A DNA stretch of 64,000 nucleotides, taken from assembly GCF_022045235.1 (NCBI RefSeq), contig NW_027266330.1, positions 33,790,001 through 33,854,000 of the forward strand. The letters run 5' to 3'. Positions 63,251 through 64,000 of the stretch are shown one piece after another. The notes beneath the pieces are model-generated. The model searched no databases. It was not told the DNA's origin and saw nothing but the letters and a program-made list of their open reading frames with translations. The number at the start of each line of letters is the position of its first letter. The stretch's first letter is position 1. The translations under genes were made by a program, and so were the position numbers. This DNA is from Haliotis cracherodii. Lineage: Eukaryota.

Positions 63251-63533
63251 GTTGGTTGGTTGGTTTGTTGGTTTGTTGTTTAACGCCGCACTCAGCAATA
63301 TTCCACTTATATGACGGCGGTCTGTAAATAATCGAGTCTGGATCCAGTGATTGATATCCAGTGATTGATATCATGAGCATCGATCCACGCAATTGGGATC
63401 GATGACATGCATCAACCAAGTCAGCGATCCTGACCACCCGATACCGTTGTTTGCCTTTACGACAAGCATAGTCACCTATTACGGCAAGCATGGGTTGCTG
63501 AAGACCTATTCCACCCCAGAATCTTCATGGGTC
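63251..63533 (-). mobile_element. Family B retroposon inserted just after the SULT2 exon 1 donor
   Basis: AATATCC[C/T]GTTGG duplicated at 63243-63255 and 63534-63546; the paralogous intron at 52237 has the empty site. Confidence 0.9.
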
Positions 63534-63725
63534 AATATCCTGTTGGAAGTGGTTGAGTCATTGACACTTACCCCATTTTGTGCTCAACCACCAGAACGGA
63601 GTTACACAAGCGTTATGCCTCCAAAAGGGAAGTGAATAGTCAGAATACCCCACGTCATCTGGAAAATGACTAGTGGTTTAAATTTGTATCATCTCACAAG
63701 CCAATATTTTGACTTAACATATACA

Positions 63726-63830
63726 CTGGGGTGGTCTAGTTGTTCAAGCTTTCGCTCGTCGCACCGATGACCCCACTTTGATTCCCCTTGAAGTGCGGCA
63801 CCCCCTTTCAGAGACATTACAAGAATATTG
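63726..63830 (+). mobile_element. Family C SINE, degenerate
   Basis: GGTCTAGTTGTTCAAGCTTTCGCTCGTCGCACCGATGACCC..TTTGATTCCCC head and GACATTACAAGAATATTG tail. Confidence 0.6.
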
Positions 63831-64000
63831 TGACATTTTACTCTGCACATACCCAAAGGCAGGTAATATGTTAATGGAAATGAAGAGGAATGATATCCTT
63901 AACCTTCAACCAGAAACCAAACTCACTGAGAAAAATAAAATGTTCTGTTTCTTATATATGACTTTTCAATTTATTAATTGTTTCAAATTAATGCAAAACT

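Overview
Eukaryotic, AT-rich, repeat-dense genomic window with one assembly gap (22602-22876). The SINE repertoire and spliced genes suggest a mollusc, possibly an abalone-like gastropod (inference). Protein-coding content: the first exon of a type II membrane protein (minus strand), a two-exon secreted protein with a carbohydrate-binding-module-like N-terminus (minus), an alpha-2/alpha-6/O-fucosyltransferase-superfamily glycosyltransferase (plus), one complete six-exon cytosolic sulfotransferase and exon 1 of a tandem paralogue. The rest is SINEs of at least four families, two decayed Tc1 elements, MITEs, and decayed Mutator-like, LINE, Polinton-integrase and Ngaro/DIRS fragments, plus many minisatellites that generate spurious long ORFs. 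The main finding is absent from the ORF track: six co-oriented ~100-120 nt non-coding genes at 25.5-35.0 kb. They carry the vault RNA hallmarks (GG[C/A]CTGG 5' end, GGTTACTTCG, internal B box, complementary CCAG[C/T]C 3' end with a compensatory change, oligo-T terminator), and each has a TATA box about 31 nt upstream plus conserved distal promoter blocks.
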